Source of the DNA: the human T2T-CHM13v2.0 reference genome, Homo sapiens
Length of the DNA stretch: 64,000 nt
Direction: 5' to 3' (one strand)
NCBI RefSeq assembly: GCF_009914755.1
Contig: NC_060930.1
The first letter of the stretch is position 1, and every line of letters begins with the position of its first letter. Shown one piece after another: positions 57,458 through 64,000 of this stretch. Both the position numbers and the translations under genes were made by a program. Under the pieces are notes generated by a model. The model was given only the letters and a program-made list of their open reading frames with translations. It did no database searches and had not been told where the DNA came from.

Positions 57458-59232
57458 ACTGATTAAAATTACGGTTGTATTCAAGATGACGTATATACCA
57501 TGCACGTGATGGCCTACTTTTGAAACATTCCTAAAACAGAAATTCTTTAGATTTTCAGCTGTTTTATGCCACCCAATATGAATTAAACTGTTTTAGATAT
57601 GTTCTTATTTAATCATTGCTTATAAAGAATTATGTAATCATGTTTATTTTGGATTTGTTTTCTCCTGAGGAAAAACAGACTTGTCTAGGGTGAAGCAATC
57701 ACAAGGCACCTGGAGAAAGGAGTGGGGAAGCCGAAAAAGTGCAACTACTCAAAAGATGGTCCATAGAGAGAGTAGATTACAGGAATCCTGTCCTGTAACA
57801 ACAGCTTCTGCCCAAGCTCCATCCTCTGGATCTTACCTGTCCCTTTCCTGATACCAAAGTAAGTGGCTGTCATCATTATCAAAGTAGTCTCACACTGAAA
57901 ATGTTTTTACACATGGATGTCCACAGCTAAGCATTGTAAGATGCCCTCGACTTTTACCCTTATTTTCAAAAGTAGAACAATGAAAATCAAAGCTTTCTAT
58001 CATCAAGTCACCGTACTATTTTCCCATCTGTGTTTTGTTTTCATTCTTTCTTCTTCTTATTTTCACCCTATGAAACTGTTTCCAAAAGTATTGTAAAATT
58101 CCACTGGGAACATATGAACATCTGACATCGTTTCCACGACAACAACCAAAAAGCAAAAGAACCCTGGCTTGACTGGTGCTGGAAAGACATATGCAACATA
58201 AGCAAAATAGTTTTTGTGATCTTTTCACTGTGCCTTTAAAGCTCCATTAACACCCCAAACCAAAACAGTGACAAAACAAACGTGTCCTACAAAAAATGTT
58301 GGTTAGCAGATAGAGCTTGGGAAAGCTTTGGAAGCCTTTCTCCTGATCATTGGCAGGTTTGGTGACTTCAGTGCTCCCTGTGGAAGGACTGATCTGAGAA
58401 GAGTGGTTTACCAGCTGCTGTGGGCATAAACTTAGAACGAGAACTCTCCTGCTGTTAAAAAGGAGCTCTCCTGCAATTCTCATATGCCTTTTCCACCTGT
58501 CCTTCCTTCCCTTGTCTTTTTCTTGGAAAGAAAAAACCTAAAAGCTTTCTCCTATAAGCTAATGATTGTGAGTCTTTGTCAGAACATTGGTTCTGGGTCA
58601 AGAAACAAATAGATGAACAAACCAAAACTTTCATAGCAAAAGTTCTTAAGCCTTCAAATGGACACCAGTGAAATTTGCCCCACAAGGTGGAATAAATAAA
58701 GCAAATAAATCCAAATGTCTAATTCATTCAACAAACAAATATATATTATGCATAGGCTAGTCCACTATGCTAAATATCTAAGAATTCAAATTTGAATAAA
58801 ACATAAATCCTGCCCTTTGGTAGTTTGCAGCCTAAATTGCATTTATTAGCTGTGATTAGATTTCCTTATTATTGATATTAATATAAATACTATAATATAC
58901 AAGTTTTCAGGCAAGCTTTCAAACCTGATTTTCATATAGCCATATCACAGATATATTAGAAAATAATTGAACATTTCCAGGTATTTATTGTTTTATTTAC
59001 TATTCCAGCCCAATCCAATTAGGAATGTGAAATGCAGATAAAAACCTTAAAGATAAAATTTTATTTTGGGCTAAATAAGAAAAAGAAATAAATGTTTCTT
59101 TTACTTTCTGTCCACATCTGACCTTCCATTCAAATCCTATCTCTTCTCTAAAGCCATGTTTTTATATCCCAGCCAAAATTAATTTTTAAAATCTGCATAA
59201 TTAACTTATCAATATGTTACACATATATTTTA

Positions 59233-59407
59233 ATCCCCTGGTTGTTATCCATAGTACACCTCAAAATCACCTGTGGAATTTTAAAAACACACATTTCCAG
59301 GTTCTAACCTCAAAACTTACTTAGTCAATGCAGTAGGGTCCTGACATCTGTAGTTTTAAAACACACCATGCATGATGCTGATATGCATACGCAGTTAAGA
59401 ACCACTG
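59233..59407. mobile_element. MER5-family (hAT-Charlie) MITE
   Basis: AATCACCTG..; GATGCTGATATGCA..GTTAAGAACCACTG. Confidence 0.75.
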
Positions 59408-60499
59408 TTCAGATTACACTATAAAATTTGGCATTTTAAAATAGTACACAATCCACATTTGTGGATTTATATTCTTGTATTCCCAAGTGAATTGTAATCA
59501 TCTTTTGCATATAGGCACAGATTTACATTAACTTTGTTCTTTGCAGTATACAGAACTTACTCTGCACTAGTAAAAATTTCCACACTTTTTATTTGAAAAT
59601 ACGACAAGGAATTTCAACAATCTCTATACAACACTATTATATCTGTTTTTATATTGATATTCTTTATACAGTCGTGGAACAAATTTGATTATCAGCAAAT
59701 GTTATTTATTCATGTTTAATACTGCTTTTCAGAAAAGTTCCTAAATTATGGTAATTTATAGAGAGTTTCAGAGACAGATGATCTCTCTAGCATAGTGGAG
59801 TTAAACTTACATTGGTTCAAATCCAAATTATCTTCTTTTTTGGCCTATGGTAAGGAGAAAAATAGAAGAAAATATGTTTACAAAAATATATAAAGTGCAT
59901 GCCCTTATTAAGCACTCAATGCACAATAGTTAATATAAACATGAGGTGCTGAGTAAGTCCCTTTGTCCCCAAGAATTTTTCCTAGCATCCAGATTCCATG
60001 TCTTATATCCTGATAATCAAGTACTCCTAGAGACAGCTAGGGATAAGAATGTCAGAGCTGGAGAGGCCTGCTGAAACGAGTTAATGCCCCAAGCTTCATT
60101 TGTAACCTATGAACCAATTTAGGGCTCATAGTTAAAGCAATCATATACATTCATGGGGTTCAAATGTTCTGCCTTGCACTGCTGTTTTTAGGGTCAGTGA
60201 TATAACAAAGGGAAAGTCCCAATCTTGCATAAACTAGTCACTCAACAAATCACAGTTATTTTTATTAATATAGTAAAATTAATATCCTGAACTAAAACCC
60301 AAATGAATTTTAGTTCACTTCGGTGTTCTTTTCTTGCATCTTAAAATCCACAGTCCTTATAAAAATATAGTTACAACATCTAGGAAGAATAGCAAATGAG
60401 AAGTATTGATAATCTTTGAGTGTATTAAAAAAAAACAAAGCTAATTCTATCAGCCAGCAAAGAAGAAGATAGCATAACCATCTTCTGGCACACGATGTT

Positions 60500-60705
60500 A
60501 TAAAGTCAGACCTTCGTCTGGATTAAGGTTGGGCCCATTATGTGAGCAGGCCATACTGTTTAACCTCTTTAACTCTTTGTTTCTTCTAATGTAAAATGGG
60601 GGAAATAAAATACTTGCCTCACTGGGTTATTATGAAGAATTCATTATACATGAAAGCACTCAAAGTCTCTGACAAATAGCAAGCTTCCAATAAGGTTATT
60701 GGTTA
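60500..60705 (+). mobile_element. MIR
   Basis: TTTAACCTCT..TGTAAAATGGGG..AAAGCACT. Confidence 0.65.
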
Positions 60706-60737
60706 TTATTGTTGACATGTTATTATTATTTATAGAT

Positions 60738-60848
60738 AAAACTACCATAATTTCTCATCCCTACTGGGACACATCTGAGAGTAAAATGTAGTGCTAATGA
60801 TTATGACCCTAAAACAACAGGCGTAAACCAGGACGTATGGTCACTTTA
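60738..60848. mobile_element. MER94-like (hAT-Blackjack) fragment
   Basis: GGGACAC..GAGAGT..ACAACAGGCGTAAACCAGGACGTATGGTCAC. Confidence 0.6.
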
Positions 60849-62333
60849 TACACAGTGTAGTTCGTAACTGACAGTGAATTCCAAAGAGAGTGTTATATTG
60901 TACAGGAGAATTTACGTGGAACTCTGAAAAGAGTTTGGAAAGATGTTAAGTATGGATCAGATTCAAGATGGTCATAAAGAGAAGATACTGTTTTCTTCCA
61001 AACTCCTCTGAGACAAAATGGAAGGAGGCACAATGTTTCTATAGTATCCATAACTGTTCTCAACTCTTCCCTAAGGTCTTTCTGAATATCAGGTCCTGGG
61101 AAATGTACTTTCATTAAAAAAATTACTTAAGTTCTTTTAAGAAAAAATTCCTGAAATATATCTTACACAATTTCCTATCTCATTAAGCAAATGTAAGTGT
61201 AATTTATACTCCCCAGGTAGTTATTTTAAAATACAAGAATATACAAGGAAGAAAACAGAAATGTATCTTCCAAATCATCTGTATCTCTGATCAGCCATAC
61301 GTTTATTTCTCCTTTTGTTTCAGAACAAATTAGAATTAAAGGAAGGAACAAATAATTATAGTCCTATTCTACTGGGTTCTGTTCTACCCTACTCCATTCC
61401 ATCCCATTTCATTCTACAAAGATTTATTGGAAGTCCCTATATCTTGGCCTTCTCCAGTGAAATTGAACTTCTCCTCTAATAAAAAAAGGTGATACTTGGC
61501 AGGATGAGTACAGTCATACTTTAGGCAAAGGCTCGATAAAGAGCCATCATGTATGGTGGATGACATTTCTTCTCCACAGAAACTTTTTGTCCCCCATCCT
61601 CCTTACTGTGAAAAACAGTGTGAACATTCATCACATTCTCTGAACAAAATATATTTTTTTATTAGTTGATTATTGCTTTTGTTTTTCTTTGTAATACAGG
61701 AATTTATAACCTCATGTTCTGATGAATAAGACACACAGAAATTGTGTGCATATGAAAGTCACCACATTACCACTATGCTGCTACAATGTAGAATAAAACT
61801 AAAAGAGTTTCTCACTGGTTTGACATTAATTTAATGTCTCCACTTAGCTTCCATCTGATGCAAACAGCTACTTTATCCATTTAAACATATATGTCTGGGT
61901 CCATAATGAAGTGTTCTGTACCTGTCTTGTAAGCAGAGTTCATAAATGAAATCACAAATAGATGAAGGGACTCACCTCCATTGTTAAAAACATTAAACCT
62001 CCAAACAGCCAGTCTTGGGTTTATTCCAGTTTTTCGTTTTTCTATCATACATCTTCACCTACAGTCCCAGATGAGCAGAACAGCTTTAAGCATTGTGCAA
62101 TTACACATACAGGCATCTATAAGGCATTCTCATATTGGATGTCAATCAGTCTCATGGCAAATTTAATAACAGTAGCAGTTGTCAAGCATACCCAAAATAA
62201 ACTAAATTATCCATCCAACCTTTTGTATTTAAGGGCTTTTTTTATTATGTGTTTTAGAAAAACACTTTCACTTTCAGCAGTGTCCTATCTATGATCAGTC
62301 TCTCCTGAGAGGTTTTTTAAATAAGATGGAATG

Positions 62334-64000
<1,667 letters not shown>

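Noticed and set aside
57831-57900. Minus-strand donor CAG|GTAAGA
   Set aside because: No convincing paired acceptor; expected by chance

Overview
AT-rich, CpG-depleted primate (hominoid, human-like) genomic DNA, intergenic or deep intronic, dominated by transposable elements. I find no supportable host protein-coding exon, RNA gene or CRISPR array; the ORF-track proteins I can recognise are ERV, L1 or Alu read-through. Main features: (i) a complete, internally deleted 6.1-kb HERV-H provirus (LTR7-int-LTR7, 881-6969, +, GTAAG target-site duplication [TSD]) with a tRNA-Phe-like primer-binding site (PBS), inserted into an older opposite-strand ERV1 that has a tRNA-Ser PBS; (ii) an ancient two-LTR ERVL provirus (LTR16C-like/ERV3-16A3-like, 21293-26510) sitting in a MIR and carrying an MLT1 insertion; (iii) several L1 3' fragments, including a clear twin-primed 5'-inverted young L1PA (37721-39319, 18-bp TSD); (iv) ten Alus, including a near-consensus AluYc1-like copy; (v) MIR, L2, MaLR/ERV solo LTRs and DNA transposon fossils. 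Second-look items are insertion and repair footprints plus speculative + strand splice signals that could belong to an LTR7-driven non-coding transcript. I do not see evidence of a novel biological system. Family names come from recalled consensus sequences, not from a database search, and boundaries of old repeats are approximate.
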